Shown here piece after piece: positions 20,959 to 32,100 of a stretch of 64,000 nucleotides of DNA. The notes below the pieces were generated by a model. It worked only from the letters and a program-made list of their open reading frames with translations. It ran no database searches and was not told where the DNA came from. Within the stretch, counting starts at the first letter, position 1. The number at the start of each line of letters is the position of its first letter. This DNA comes from [Chlorobium] sp. 445 (GTDB lineage: Bacteria > Bacteroidota > Chlorobiia > Chlorobiales > Thermochlorobacteraceae), in the NCBI GenBank assembly GCA_002763895.1, contig NSLH01000007.1, forward strand, positions 41,169-105,168. Reading direction: 5' to 3'. Position numbers and translations under genes: made by a program.

Positions 20959-22796
20959 TTCTTTGGCTTGGAGAGTTCAGAAATTATCATTTCTGCATCG
21001 CTGAAGATGGCGTTAAGGTCGTCTTTGGTCTCGCTGGCTGGTGCGTAGCGGTAGTATTCTGATTTTTCTAAGATGCGTAGGCACTTTTCTGTTATCGTTG
21101 GGGCAACACCTTTTTCTTGGAGCAAGCTGCGCAATTCATCTTTCGTTAGCGCAAGGTCGTCGGTATTGAACTTATTGCCGATGAACTTTAGAATTGCGTG
21201 CTCAATTTCGGCAAAGAATTCTTTTTGCTTGTTTTGTTTGAGCAAGTCGCTTGCTGTTTTCAGTTGCTTTTTGGCTTCAGGGGAGGCGCGATAGGCGCGC
21301 GCAAATGCAACATCGTGTTCCATTTTCTCTTGGCGTTGCTTGCGCATCCACACAAAGAGCAAGGCTAACAATGGCACGAGGAAGGAGGAGTAAAACCATA
21401 TAGACTGATAGACTGGTGTCGGGCGATATTTCAAATCAGCGTTGGTTTTGATAAAGCGAATATCGCTCCCCATCTTTGTGACTGCTTGTCGCTCTGCCAT
21501 TGGCACCGCTGCGGTCAGACCAGCCTCGCCTTCGACTTCAATCTCAAAACGTGGTGATGAGAGCGTCTTGTATTCGCCTTTTTCTGGATCGAAGAATGAA
21601 AAACTCACGCTGCCCACATCAAACTTTCCGCCAGCGCGTGGAATGGCAACATACTCTATCGTCTTCGTGCCACTGATGATACCGCCCTGCCGACTAATGT
21701 TCTCTTGCACTTTGGGCTCGTATGTTTCAAATTCACTGGGCAGGGTCAGTGGAATGGGCGTAATTGAGCGAATGTTTCCTTCGCCTGTTATCGTAAAAGT
21801 AAAGGCAATCGGCTGACCTGCTTTGACTTTTGTCTTATCGAGTGTGGCATTCAGAGCAAATTTACCAACTGCTCCCGTGAACCCCTCTGGTTTAGGCTCC
21901 GGCAGCGGCATCACCTCGAATTTGATTTCTGGTGCCACCACATCAATCTTGACTTTCTTGCCCAGTGAGCCAAAGAACGAATCAAAGTCTTCTAAGAGTG
22001 TTCTGCCACGCTGTTGTTTAATTTTCGTAAGCAGCGCATCGCAGTTCAGTTTGTAGGCACCATTGGTCAGCGTACCTGCACGTGTCGGGAAGAGAATCAT
22101 CTTTTTGACGGTATAGACTCTGTATAGCACACCGTTAAGAAACTCAGTCGTATGCGGCACACTGCTTCGTCCTTGCTGCAAATCAATTTCTTCTACCCAA
22201 AAGCCCTCAGGTTTAGCATCTTTTTCGACGACCACGTTTGTCACATCGGCACGCTCATAGAGTTTGTAGATCACTGTCGTAGCTTCGCCGACATACAATT
22301 TTGTCTTGCTGACCACAGGCTTGATAAAGACAAGGTCAGGATAAGTGTTGGAGCCTGGGCTACCATTATTTTGTGCGCGCGCTGCTGCCTTCGTGACAGT
22401 AATTTCTACGGCATTCGTTTGATACGTCTTGCCATCGACTTTAACGGTTGCAGCTGGGATAGTGAGCTTGCCTTCAGTGCTTGCCACAAGTGTGTAGGCA
22501 ATGACACGAGACTGTGAAATTTTGCCATTGACAATGCTGACGCTGGTCGATTGCGACTCGCCGCGTTTTTCTACACCAGAGAGTCTGCCTAGTTGAATGC
22601 TCTCAACGCCTACACTGCCTTGTACTTCTATGATGTATTCAAATGGTTCGCCTACAGGTACCGTCGCCTCTGTAACTGAAGCGCGTACTGAGATCTCTTG
22701 GGCAACAGCGCTGAAAGAGAGCGCTATGAAAAAGACAACTGACATTATGCTGCATAGAATGCGCATAACTTTTCGGACTGTGTTTGATTTATACAA
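20955..22796 (-). CDS. BatD-like (aerotolerance-operon-type) membrane-anchored protein
   Basis: 613 aa with a signal peptide, long beta-rich ectodomain, a single TM near residue ~470 (…WFYSSFLVPLLALLFVWMR…) and a cytoplasmic Lys-rich tail. This architecture matches BatD. Confidence 0.55.
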   Translation of the reverse strand: MYKSNTVRKVMRILCSIMSVVFFIALSFSAVAQEISVRASVTEATVPVGEPFEYIIEVQGSVGVESIQLGRLSGVEKRGESQSTSVSIVNGKISQSRVIAYTLVASTEGKLTIPAATVKVDGKTYQTNAVEITVTKAAARAQNNGSPGSNTYPDLVFIKPVVSKTKLYVGEATTVIYKLYERADVTNVVVEKDAKPEGFWVEEIDLQQGRSSVPHTTEFLNGVLYRVYTVKKMILFPTRAGTLTNGAYKLNCDALLTKIKQQRGRTLLEDFDSFFGSLGKKVKIDVVAPEIKFEVMPLPEPKPEGFTGAVGKFALNATLDKTKVKAGQPIAFTFTITGEGNIRSITPIPLTLPSEFETYEPKVQENISRQGGIISGTKTIEYVAIPRAGGKFDVGSVSFSFFDPEKGEYKTLSSPRFEIEVEGEAGLTAAVPMAERQAVTKMGSDIRFIKTNADLKYRPTPVYQSIWFYSSFLVPLLALLFVWMRKQRQEKMEHDVAFARAYRASPEAKKQLKTASDLLKQNKQKEFFAEIEHAILKFIGNKFNTDDLALTKDELRSLLQEKGVAPTITEKCLRILEKSEYYRYAPASETKDDLNAIFSDAEMIISELSKPKK

Positions 22797-22940
22797 TGTA
22801 ACCTTTGCTTTGCGATGCCACCCCCTGCGCTTGGCGTTGGCATGTTGTTAAAACCTGCACTGCCTACATACAACACGTGTTGCTCTGTATCAGTTCAGTG
22901 CTCGATTTGTTCAATGCCTCGTCTTGACTCTTGTAGCGCT

Positions 22941-23891
22941 TCACTGGTAACCAAACTGGCGCAATTGGCTATCTTTTTCTCGCCAGCCCGGACGCACTTT
23001 TACGAAAAGTTCAAGATAAATCGGTCGCTGCAAAAATGCTTCTATCTCTTTGCGCGCTGCTTCACCGAGTTTTTTGATTGCTGCGCCGCCTTTGCCAATC
23101 AATATAGCTTTTTGCGATTCACGCTCTACCACAATTGCGCAGCGCACCACATCCTTTCTCCCCGACTGCTCATACTGTTCTTTGAACTCTTCGACTTCGA
23201 CTTCAGTTGAGTAAGGCACTTCTTCGGAAAATTGCTCAAAAATTTTCTCTCGGATAAGTTCGCTCACAAAAAAACGCTCTGATGCTGTACTCAAAATATC
23301 GGTTGGGTAGAGTGGCTCGGTGTTGGGCAAGTAGGGTCGAATGGCATGTATGAGTTCGCCCACATTCACAGCGTTCAATGCTGAGAGCGGCACGATTTCC
23401 TTGAAGTCAAATTCTTTTGAGAGTCTATCGAGCAAGACCACTAGATCATCTTTGTGCAGCAAATCGATTTTATTAACCACTAAAATGATAGGCTGGGTTG
23501 CATTTAGAATGCGCTGAAAAGCAAGATCATCTTTGAGCATGCGATTTTTTGCCACGTAATGTGCCGCATCGATGATGAAGAGTACGACATCAGCATCATG
23601 TCTTGCGCTCTCTGCTGCACTTAGCATCGCACTATGCAGTTTATACTTTGGCTGCATAATGCCCGGCGTGTCAATAAAAACTATTTGGCAATCATCGCTT
23701 GAATAAATTCCTAAGATTTTTTTTCGTGTGGTTTGTGGCTTTCGCGTAACGATAGAGAGTTTTTCACCAAGCACTGCATTGAGCAGTGTGGATTTGCCCA
23801 CATTTGGTTCCCCAATAATTGCAGCAAATCCTGCTCGGAAATTTTCAGGCGTCTTTGCTGGTTCGCTTTGTGAACTTTGCATTAGAGCCAA
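22941..23891 (-). CDS. era: GTPase Era
   Basis: 316 aa with G1 GEPNVGKST, G3 DTPG and G4 NKID, followed by a C-terminal KH domain (…VERESQKAILIGKGGAAIKKLG…). Confidence 0.9.
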   Translation of the reverse strand: MALMQSSQSEPAKTPENFRAGFAAIIGEPNVGKSTLLNAVLGEKLSIVTRKPQTTRKKILGIYSSDDCQIVFIDTPGIMQPKYKLHSAMLSAAESARHDADVVLFIIDAAHYVAKNRMLKDDLAFQRILNATQPIILVVNKIDLLHKDDLVVLLDRLSKEFDFKEIVPLSALNAVNVGELIHAIRPYLPNTEPLYPTDILSTASERFFVSELIREKIFEQFSEEVPYSTEVEVEEFKEQYEQSGRKDVVRCAIVVERESQKAILIGKGGAAIKKLGEAARKEIEAFLQRPIYLELFVKVRPGWREKDSQLRQFGYQ

Positions 23892-23982
23892 AGTTGATTT
23901 GATGTAAATTATGGCTACTTATTTGAAAGTATCAGATTGAAAGTATCAGACGCATTTTTACACAGAAACAAATATAACTCGA

Positions 23983-25233
23983 GTGCCGCTTCTTATTATG
24001 ATGCGTGAGCGTACAGGACAATTCCCGATTGACTTTGTCATCTTGTTTAGCACGCTGACTCTGGTTGCTTTCGGTCTTGCTGCAATCTACAGCACTAGCC
24101 ATGGCGTTGGTGTGATGACAAACTTTCACAAGCAACTGCTCTGGCTGAGTATCAGTCTTGTTGCCATGACGGTTGTGATGTTTCTGCCTTACCGCTTTTT
24201 CCAAGATTGGGCATACCTGCTGTATGCGCTTTCCATTCTTGCCTTAATTGTTGTACTGATTCTGGGACGCAAAGTCTCAGGCTCGCTGAGCTGGATTCAG
24301 ATAGCAGGTGCAAGTTTTCAGCCGTCAGAGGTCACAAAGTTTACAACCATTATCGCACTGGCACGATACCTTTCGCACCGTGAGACGAATATCCGCTCGC
24401 TTAGAGGCTTTCTTACTGCACTTGGCATTGTGCTATTGCCCGTGGCACTCATTATGTTGCAGCCTGATACAGGCACGGCGCTCACTTACCTTACTTTCAT
24501 TGTGCCGATGTTTGTGCTCGCTGGATTTGAGTTTTACTATGTCCTCGTGCTTGCTGTGCCTGTTGCCTTTGCACTTGTTGGGTTTATCAACCTCTACATT
24601 TTAACTGCGCTTGCAGGCGTTGTGCTGTTCATCTTGCTTTCTATGCGTCAGAAGCCCTGGCTTTCGATTGCCTCGATTGGCGCTGGAATCACAGCGGGTA
24701 TTATGACCAACGTCTATGCAGAAAAAGTCTTAAAGCCGCATCAACTCAAGCGCATTCAAACTTTTTTAGACCCGATGTTAGATCCGCAAGGTGCAGGCTA
24801 CAACGCCCTGCAAGCCAAAGTCGCCATTGGCTCTGGTGGTCTCTTTGGCAAAGGATTTCTGCAAGGCACGCAAACGCAACTGCGCTTTATTCCAGCGCAG
24901 TGGACCGACTTTATTTTTTGTGTCATCGGTGAAGAATTTGGCTTTATTGGCTGCGCAATTGTGTTGCTGGCATTTTTCATTTTGATTTTACGCCTGCTTA
25001 TGCTTGCCAACAGTATAAAAAACAAGTTTACGCTGCTGATGCTTGCTGGCATTGCTTCGCTTTTTCTGGGGCATATTGTCGTCAATGTTGGCATGACGGT
25101 CGGGCTTATGCCGGTCATTGGTATTCCCTTGCCTTTTCTTTCCTACGGCGCTCATCACTTTTTCGCCAATTTTATTGCAATAGGACTTGCACTCAATGTC
25201 TATCGTAACCGCAGAGACCTCTCTTTCTCTTGA
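23983..25233 (+). CDS. SEDS-family peptidoglycan glycosyltransferase (RodA/FtsW)
   Basis: 416 aa with 10 TM helices and conserved SEDS blocks (…QPSEVTKF…, …LQPDTGTAL…, …[11 protein letters not shown]…, …[16 protein letters not shown]…). Confidence 0.85.
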   Translation: MPLLIMMRERTGQFPIDFVILFSTLTLVAFGLAAIYSTSHGVGVMTNFHKQLLWLSISLVAMTVVMFLPYRFFQDWAYLLYALSILALIVVLILGRKVSGSLSWIQIAGASFQPSEVTKFTTIIALARYLSHRETNIRSLRGFLTALGIVLLPVALIMLQPDTGTALTYLTFIVPMFVLAGFEFYYVLVLAVPVAFALVGFINLYILTALAGVVLFILLSMRQKPWLSIASIGAGITAGIMTNVYAEKVLKPHQLKRIQTFLDPMLDPQGAGYNALQAKVAIGSGGLFGKGFLQGTQTQLRFIPAQWTDFIFCVIGEEFGFIGCAIVLLAFFILILRLLMLANSIKNKFTLLMLAGIASLFLGHIVVNVGMTVGLMPVIGIPLPFLSYGAHHFFANFIAIGLALNVYRNRRDLSFS

Positions 25234-26137
25234 TGCGATACGGGCGCGCAATCAGCGCTTAGGTATCATCGCTATGATTGGGCAGACCACCATTGCTAGC
25301 TTAGCTTATGGCTTTACGCGCACGGCTGCTGCTGAATTCAATCCCTTTGTTTTGCCCTTTCTGCGCATGTGTGGGGCGGGGCTCATTTTTGCTATTATCT
25401 TTTTTTCTCGCGGCGGCTTGCAAGGTAAAAGCCACACGCTGACTGATTGGCTCAAATTTTCTCTGCTGGGGCTGCTCGGTATCAGCATCAACCAAGCCTC
25501 CTACATGATTGGCTTGAAATACACAACTTCTGCTAATGGCGCCGTACTCTATGCCATGACTCCGCTTGTCGTGCTGCTTTTTTCTGCCTGGTTTCTGCGC
25601 ACCGAAGCATTTACATTTGGCAAAATCTCAGGCATTGCCGTCGCGCTTGTTGGCGTTAGTATCGTTCTTTTTGCACGGGGAGTTTCACTCAACGATGAAC
25701 TCATGCGCGGCAACCTAATTATGCTGCTAGGCGTCCTGAGCTGGTCGCTCTATATTGCGCTTAGCAAAAAATGGCTACAAGGCTACGACCCTATTCAAGC
25801 AACCGCACTGATTATGATGCTTGGCACAGTTATCTACTCACCTGTTGGCATCTGGAATCTTAGCGAATTTGAGCCAAGCAAAATCTCGCTTAAAGCATGG
25901 ATTGCCTTTGGGTACGTTACGCTCTTTATGTCTGTTGTGATGTATGTGCTTCTTACTTATGCCCTGAGCAAAATTGAATCTTCACTGGTCTCGATTTTTA
26001 TGAATGGGCAGCCTGTCGGGGCAGCGCTTTTTGGTGTCTTGTTCTTCGAAGAAAGCCTTACATGGAATGTTATCGTTGGCGGCGTGCTCACTATTGCAGG
26101 CATCTACACGATGCAGCGCGCGCAATCAGGGCGATAG
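25187..26137 (+). CDS. EamA/DMT-superfamily transporter
   Basis: 316 aa with 10 TM helices in two EamA repeats. The annotated start overlaps the SEDS gene by 47 nt, so the true start may be Met 25274. Confidence 0.65.
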   Translation: MHSMSIVTAETSLSLDAIRARNQRLGIIAMIGQTTIASLAYGFTRTAAAEFNPFVLPFLRMCGAGLIFAIIFFSRGGLQGKSHTLTDWLKFSLLGLLGISINQASYMIGLKYTTSANGAVLYAMTPLVVLLFSAWFLRTEAFTFGKISGIAVALVGVSIVLFARGVSLNDELMRGNLIMLLGVLSWSLYIALSKKWLQGYDPIQATALIMMLGTVIYSPVGIWNLSEFEPSKISLKAWIAFGYVTLFMSVVMYVLLTYALSKIESSLVSIFMNGQPVGAALFGVLFFEESLTWNVIVGGVLTIAGIYTMQRAQSGR

Positions 26138-26260
26138 GTGCACTTCTCTTCAGACTTTTGCTCACATCGCTCTTGCCATCACGTTCAGGCGAGATTTGCT
26201 TGCTGAACATTTTTTGCTCCAGGCATTTGATGATATAGTGCACCCAGCAAAGCGACTTTT

Positions 26261-27211
26261 TTATGATGCAATAGGCTCAGGAGCAAATTTTTTGCGAATG
26301 ATGTCAGCAATCAGTTGCATTTGCCACATGGGCGTAGAGGTTGCCCCGCATACGCCTACACTTTCAACGGGTAAGCCATCGCTGCGCTGGAACCATTCAG
26401 CCTGCAACTCGCCTTCGTGTTCAGCAAAATAAGTGCGTGGATTTGCTGCCTTACACACTCCAAAGAGCACTTTGCCATTCGAGCTCTTTTTACCTGCCAC
26501 AAAGACCACAACTTCATGCTGTTGTGCAAACTTGGTTAGCTTTTCATCACGGTTTGAGACTTGACGGCAGATGGTATCCTTTGCAAGAAACTCTGCAGCT
26601 TCTGCATCCGTTGAGGCAAGGTCAAACTTATCAGCGTTGCCACTTGCAGCGAAGCGTTTGAGCAGGTTATCACGCAGCTCGTAGAAGCCTTTGGTGTCTT
26701 GCGTAGTTTGAGAGAGCAAAACTGTCTTTTTCTTAAAATCAATCGCAGCTATTTCAGATTCATCACTCAAATCTGCATGCTTAATAACAATCGCTTCATT
26801 ATTGCATTGACCATTGACGCCGATAACTTCTGCATGTTCTTTTTTGCCGTAAATCAAGATTTGGTAGCCTTTCTGGTAAAAATCGCGGGCGCGGCGTTGA
26901 AGTTTTAACACGACAGGGCAAGAGGCATCAATGAGTTCAATGTTGTGCTCTTGTGCAAACTTGTAGGTCTCAGGCGGTTCACCGTGCGCTCTGATGAGCA
27001 CGCGAGTATCTTTGAGTTTGAAGAACTCCTCTCGACTAATGGTTTGCAGCCCCATCTGGTTTAGGCGCTGCACTTCTACGGTATTATGCACGATATCGCC
27101 AAGCGAATAAAGGTGTCCAGTATCTTGCAGTTCACTTTCTGCCATCTCAATGGCAAACTGCACGCCAAAACAAAATCCCGATTGAGCATCAACATTTACT
27201 TTCATAGTCAA
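26261..27211 (-). CDS. ispH: 4-hydroxy-3-methylbut-2-enyl diphosphate reductase (IspH/LytB)
   Basis: 316 aa with conserved Cys-containing blocks: GFCFGV, …DASCPVV…, …SQTT…, …VCGATSTP… and HNxxVV. Confidence 0.85.
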   Translation of the reverse strand: MTMKVNVDAQSGFCFGVQFAIEMAESELQDTGHLYSLGDIVHNTVEVQRLNQMGLQTISREEFFKLKDTRVLIRAHGEPPETYKFAQEHNIELIDASCPVVLKLQRRARDFYQKGYQILIYGKKEHAEVIGVNGQCNNEAIVIKHADLSDESEIAAIDFKKKTVLLSQTTQDTKGFYELRDNLLKRFAASGNADKFDLASTDAEAAEFLAKDTICRQVSNRDEKLTKFAQQHEVVVFVAGKKSSNGKVLFGVCKAANPRTYFAEHEGELQAEWFQRSDGLPVESVGVCGATSTPMWQMQLIADIIRKKFAPEPIAS

Positions 27212-27305
27212 ACTTTTTTTGAATGTTTAGATTGAATTTACGAAAATGTGCTCGATATTTACCTACCTGATAGTAGTGCAATCATCTCTACTTTTCACTT
27301 GCCCA

Positions 27306-27635
27306 TCATAGATTGAGAAATACTGCGTTGCACATACCGTTAAGTAGCAAGCCAAGCGCACCTCCAATCGTTAGACCTAAAATTATACCTTTGGGCTTGT
27401 GGGAAAGCACGTAGTATACTATAGCTAACATTGCAGCAAATGGCACTATGAGTATGATCATGTCCGCTAACTTTCCCACTTCCGCTCCTACCCCTTCTAG
27501 TATAGTTATGACTATCCCAAAGAGCATAACCGAAGAAATCGCGAAGAGTACTGATGCCCCTATTCCAAGGAAGATACCGACAATAACCAGCAGCAAAGTT
27601 GCACCGATGTTTTCTTGTTCTGATGAGTTGCTCAT
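27306..27635 (-). CDS. Small polytopic membrane protein (109 aa, 3-4 TM), translationally coupled to the upstream radical-SAM gene
   Basis: Gly/Ala/Ile/Leu-rich hydrophobic ORF. Its ATG (27635-27633) overlaps the radical-SAM stop (27634-27632) in an ATGA arrangement. Confidence 0.5.
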   Translation of the reverse strand: MSNSSEQENIGATLLLVIVGIFLGIGASVLFAISSVMLFGIVITILEGVGAEVGKLADMIILIVPFAAMLAIVYYVLSHKPKGIILGLTIGGALGLLLNGMCNAVFLNL

Positions 27636-29068
27636 CTGAGTTCCTGGCTTTCAACGATTTGTTTTGGGGCATATTCAGTTTGGAGCTTTTTTAGATAGGC
27701 CTCTTTATTATCACGGTAAAAGAGGTTAAAAGTATCAAATGGAATGAGGCGCCCATCGGGATGCACGATATGCACACAGGTGCGTTTGACCGAGCGTACA
27801 TCAAAATTGTAGGCGTCCATAAACTGCATGATGATCAGGCGAAAGACATTCTTGTAAGAGAGTTCCTTTGGCGCCAGTACCATTGGCAAGCAGCATAAGA
27901 GTTTCTTTAGTGAAAGCGCGCACGAAGTTGGCGACGGTGAAGTTGAAAACAGTTTGATAAGATGCGCTTGCACATCCTGATGTTGCTCATAGATAATCGT
28001 GCTGCTGGTTGTATTGAGTAAGACTTGTGGGTCGATCATTCCTGTCAGCGGAATCACTTTGCCGCCAAGTTTCAGTGCATAGCCCATTGCAATGTTATCG
28101 GGATGGCATGGCACGGGGATAAGGTCTTCAGGCTTGAAGAGGCTCGTCTGGCGCAAAATTTCTTGGCGCACTTCAGCAAGTGTGAGTCTGTCTGTTTCTG
28201 GATTGACGTCTTCGGTGCGCCCTGCGACTTGAATTGGCTGAAAGGTTACGCCACGCACGCACGGCTGCTCTAAGGCAAACTCAATGATGCGACCAATTTC
28301 GTGGTCGTTTAAGCCTTTTTTGAGTGTTACAACTAGCGTCGTCGAAATCTCAAGGTCGTTTAATCGCTCTAAGGCTTTCAGACGAATGCGTCGCAAATCT
28401 GCACCGCGCAGTTCTCTCAAGACATGCTCTTCAAATGAATCGAACTGCAGGTAAATCTCAAAGTCAGGCATATAGTCTCTAAGACGCCTTGCAAAGGCGG
28501 CATCTTCAGCAATGCGAATGCCATTGGTGTTCACCATCAAGTGTTTAATTGGGCGAGCCTTAGCGGCATCGAGTATTCTGAAAAAGTCGGGGTGCAAAGT
28601 CGGCTCACCCCCTGAAATCTGCACCACATCAGGTTCACACTCGTTATGCACAATGCAGTCCAGCATGAACTCTACTTGCTCAAATGAACGGTGTTTGAGG
28701 CGTTGCGGTGATGATTCTGCATAACACACTGGACATGTGAGGTTGCAATAGTCTGTAATTTCCACTAGCGTTAGGCAGCCGTGTTGTTCATGATCTGTGC
28801 ATATCCCGCAGTCGTACGGACACCCATATTGAACGGATGTGTTAAATTTTTTAACGAGTTGACCGGGCTTCAAGAACGCGCGCTGCATTTTGTAGTACTC
28901 GACATCGGTCGAAATCAGCACCTTTTCGTAGCCATGCTCAGGGCAACGCTTGACGAGATACACCTGCCCATCTTGGAAAATGATTTTTGCTTCAACTTTG
29001 CGTAGGCACTGCGAACAAAGGCTACTTGTTAGCTCGAAGAAAATGTAGGGTCGATCTGCCATTGTCAT
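27632..29068 (-). CDS. Radical SAM enzyme with N-terminal zinc-ribbon/rubredoxin-like module (COG1964-like; candidate Tes/GDGT-MAS-like lipid-modifying enzyme)
   Basis: 478 aa. N-terminal section has C-x2-C…C-P-E-H and C-P-Y-D-C-G-I-C. Canonical C-x3-C-x2-C follows (YCNLTCPVCYA), then a SAM-binding-like GGEPTL and additional C-terminal Cys residues. Confidence 0.6.
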   Translation of the reverse strand: MTMADRPYIFFELTSSLCSQCLRKVEAKIIFQDGQVYLVKRCPEHGYEKVLISTDVEYYKMQRAFLKPGQLVKKFNTSVQYGCPYDCGICTDHEQHGCLTLVEITDYCNLTCPVCYAESSPQRLKHRSFEQVEFMLDCIVHNECEPDVVQISGGEPTLHPDFFRILDAAKARPIKHLMVNTNGIRIAEDAAFARRLRDYMPDFEIYLQFDSFEEHVLRELRGADLRRIRLKALERLNDLEISTTLVVTLKKGLNDHEIGRIIEFALEQPCVRGVTFQPIQVAGRTEDVNPETDRLTLAEVRQEILRQTSLFKPEDLIPVPCHPDNIAMGYALKLGGKVIPLTGMIDPQVLLNTTSSTIIYEQHQDVQAHLIKLFSTSPSPTSCALSLKKLLCCLPMVLAPKELSYKNVFRLIIMQFMDAYNFDVRSVKRTCVHIVHPDGRLIPFDTFNLFYRDNKEAYLKKLQTEYAPKQIVESQELR

Positions 29069-29181
29069 GCAAGGTTTTCGTGAGAGGCTTCATCTGAACT
29101 TGATGCGACATTCAGGGGCCCAAATCGTGCGTTGTTTCTGAGTAATCTACGAAACATCCCAATAATACCAACAGTGTTGTA

Positions 29182-32100
29182 TTACTTTGGTCGTCGACGC
29201 AACACAGCACTCGAGTCTGTGCGAGGCGGCAGTGCGCTGTGCCCAGTTGTATCTGCACCTGAGAATGGCGTTTTTGCTGTGCTGGAATCGGGCGGCGCTG
29301 GATTGAGCGATGGCAACGTGACACCTGAGACGGCATTCTTCGGTGCAGTCGTATCCACGCGTGGGGTTTTGTCTGTCTCTTGCGCTTTACTGCCCGATAG
29401 CCAGCGACTGAAAGCATCAAAATAAATGTTCCAACGCGCGCCCAGTTCGGACCAGGTGTGAAAGCTTTCACGGTAGGAAATACCGATACCCCAAACTTCT
29501 GCGATAGTATTATTGAATAAGTTGAAGTTATTCGGTCCAAAGTTTCGGAAGGCTTCGAGCACGAAATTACGGCTGAGTCGATATTCCAAGCGCTGTGAGT
29601 TGCTGATAGCGTTGTTGCTTCTGCCAAGTGAATCCACCGCGGCTGTCGAGCCAGAGCCTGTAATCACCAGCTTTCCATCGGTACCCGGCACCACGTACTC
29701 AAGCGAAAAATCCACACCTGCAACTTGCCCACTTCGATCGCGCGCAAAATCGATATTGATCGTCTGTACGCCTTGAATAGCTGAGGCAAGGCGAGTAACC
29801 TGTGTCGAAAGCAAGCCAGCTCCTGCTGAAAGTCCTGCGCTTGCTAAAAGTCCGCTCGAGAGCGTACTGCCCACACTGCCTGGGCGCACTACCCACTGGC
29901 GTGCGGTGAGCAGCGTTACGAAATTCAAGAGAGCATTTGGATCATCTTCACCAGGGAGGCGTGTGCTAGGGTCTTTGTAAGCGCGCTCATTCAAAATGTA
30001 GCCAATTTCAATGCGTGGATCTTCAACTGTGCCTGCAATGTGCGGACGCAGCACCACGTTTTCCAATTCATTGCGCGTTTGCGCCATCACTCGCACTTGA
30101 TAGCGCGCAAAAATATCGAGCGTCGCATCGGTCAGTCCACCACCAAACCACTTCATCGTTGCCCCCGGCTCAATTTCAAAAGGCACACCATAGAAGTTGT
30201 AGCGTCCTGAAGTAATACTTGCTGTGCCGAACACACGATAGCTCAAACGCCGCTTATTGATAGTCAGTGCAAGGTCTTCAATCGTTGCATTTTCCAATTG
30301 CTCACCTAAAAACCTATCGAAGACCAGCGTATAGACGAGCGGTTGCACTGTAGAGACGCGCAACGACATTGACATATCGTCGACAAAAGAGCTTTTGTAA
30401 GCCGAGCGAATAGCACGTGCCGTTTCCGAAAGTTCAAATTCTTCATCGAGCGTCAGGTTCAGTTTCGGATTACGCCGCAAGCGTGCTTCAAGCGATGTAT
30501 CTTCTTCGACGATGGTTGTAATGAAGCGAGAGGCTTCGACAATTTGCGAGCCCTTGCTTGAGCCTGAACGGTACTGCAAGAGCCGTCCCCTATCCAAGCG
30601 CAGCGAACCAGAGAGCATAGGTTCATCGAGTGTGCCTGAAAAGCGCAGCTCATCTGAACTTGCTATGAGTTGTCCAATCAGGTCATCAGTTCTCCCTGCC
30701 TGTTTATCGTAGAGCAAAAGCTTAGAAAAGTTCAGTTCAATGTTGAATCGCTGCACCTCAAAATTGGACATTTGCACCGAGCCACTTGTGCGCAGCGTGC
30801 CACCTTGTCTATCGCGCACATCTACGGCGCGCCAACTTACACGGTCTGGCGTAATTTCTGCGCTGCCATTGACGATATATTCCACATCTGAAGCAATAGC
30901 CGTAGTACGCAAGTTTTTCACCCACAGCGACATTTCTAAAGCTGGGCTTGGGAAATAGCCCGCAAAGGTTAGGCGCAAGCTGATTGCTCCAGATGTATTT
31001 CGCAGTGGCGCCGCAAATTCTAAAACCGTCGGGCTAATATCGGGGCAAGTAATCTCGACAAACACACGATCTTTCTTTGGCAAGCGTTCTTTGGCATCAA
31101 TGGAAAGATCGATCGGAATGCGTCCTGTGCCTTTCAGATGCGTGTAAGGCTTGAGTGGCAATTTCAGCAAAGCGTAGCGCGCTGTGTCGCTATTTGCACT
31201 TAGCTTAAACGTGAAGGCTTTTTCAGTATCAAGATACTTTCCTGCAAAATCAAGATGCCCAACATCAATGGTTTCGTAAAGGAGATTATCAAGCGTCGCT
31301 GTCAGTGTAACTTCAGGCGAAGTAAAGTTTCCTGTCAGATCAAGTGAGAGATTGAGAATTCCGCCCAGTTGCGTGTTTGGCGAATCAAATAGAAATTGAC
31401 GAATATCGGCAAGTGAAAAATCCTTGACCTTCAGTGCAAGGTCGCTCTTACCTGAAAGTTTAAACTCTCCAAGCAGCAAAATCTCTTGTTCATTGTTGTG
31501 AAAACTTAGTTTTTCGAACTTGATCAGTTCGCGGCTAATGACGATTTGAGCATTTTCATCGTTTTGCCAGAAGTAATTTTGTGTCGCAAATGTGGCATCT
31601 CGCAAGGAAATGGTGTAGAGATCATCCGCAACGCGCACTGCTGCATCGAGGTCGAACAGCCCACGTGTATTTTGGTTAGTGGTGCGCAAATTCAGCTCAA
31701 GGTTGCTCGGTGTGTATTTAGCCTGCAGCGACGTTCTAACAAAACGCTGATCGCCGACCTTCATTCGAAAGACGCTTGCGTTGAGCGTGCTCTTAAGTTC
31801 GTGAAAGGTACGCGCTTGTGTCAGATCAGATCGCAACTCGTCAGTATAGCTTAGCGACGCTGTTAGCGTGCGTGCCGCCAGAATAGTTCCATAGCGTAAG
31901 GAATCAACGCTCAAAGTTGCCTTAAAACTGCACGCCTCAGGCTGACTGCTTAATTCACCAGAGAGCTCACCGATTGCGTTAAAGTCGCCCGACTGCAACA
32001 CCAACGCAATTTTTGACAGACTCTTGAATCCAAGTTTATAGCGCACATTGAGCGTGGGCAGCGTCAGCAAAGAATCGCTAATGCTCGCTTCTTCTTGTGT

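Noticed and set aside
29112-29627. 171-aa minus-strand ORF overlapping the 3' end of the TamB-like gene and the spacer before the radical-SAM gene
   Set aside because: It is out of frame with the TamB-like tail. Its composition is Arg/Ser/His-rich low complexity with no ribosome-binding site.
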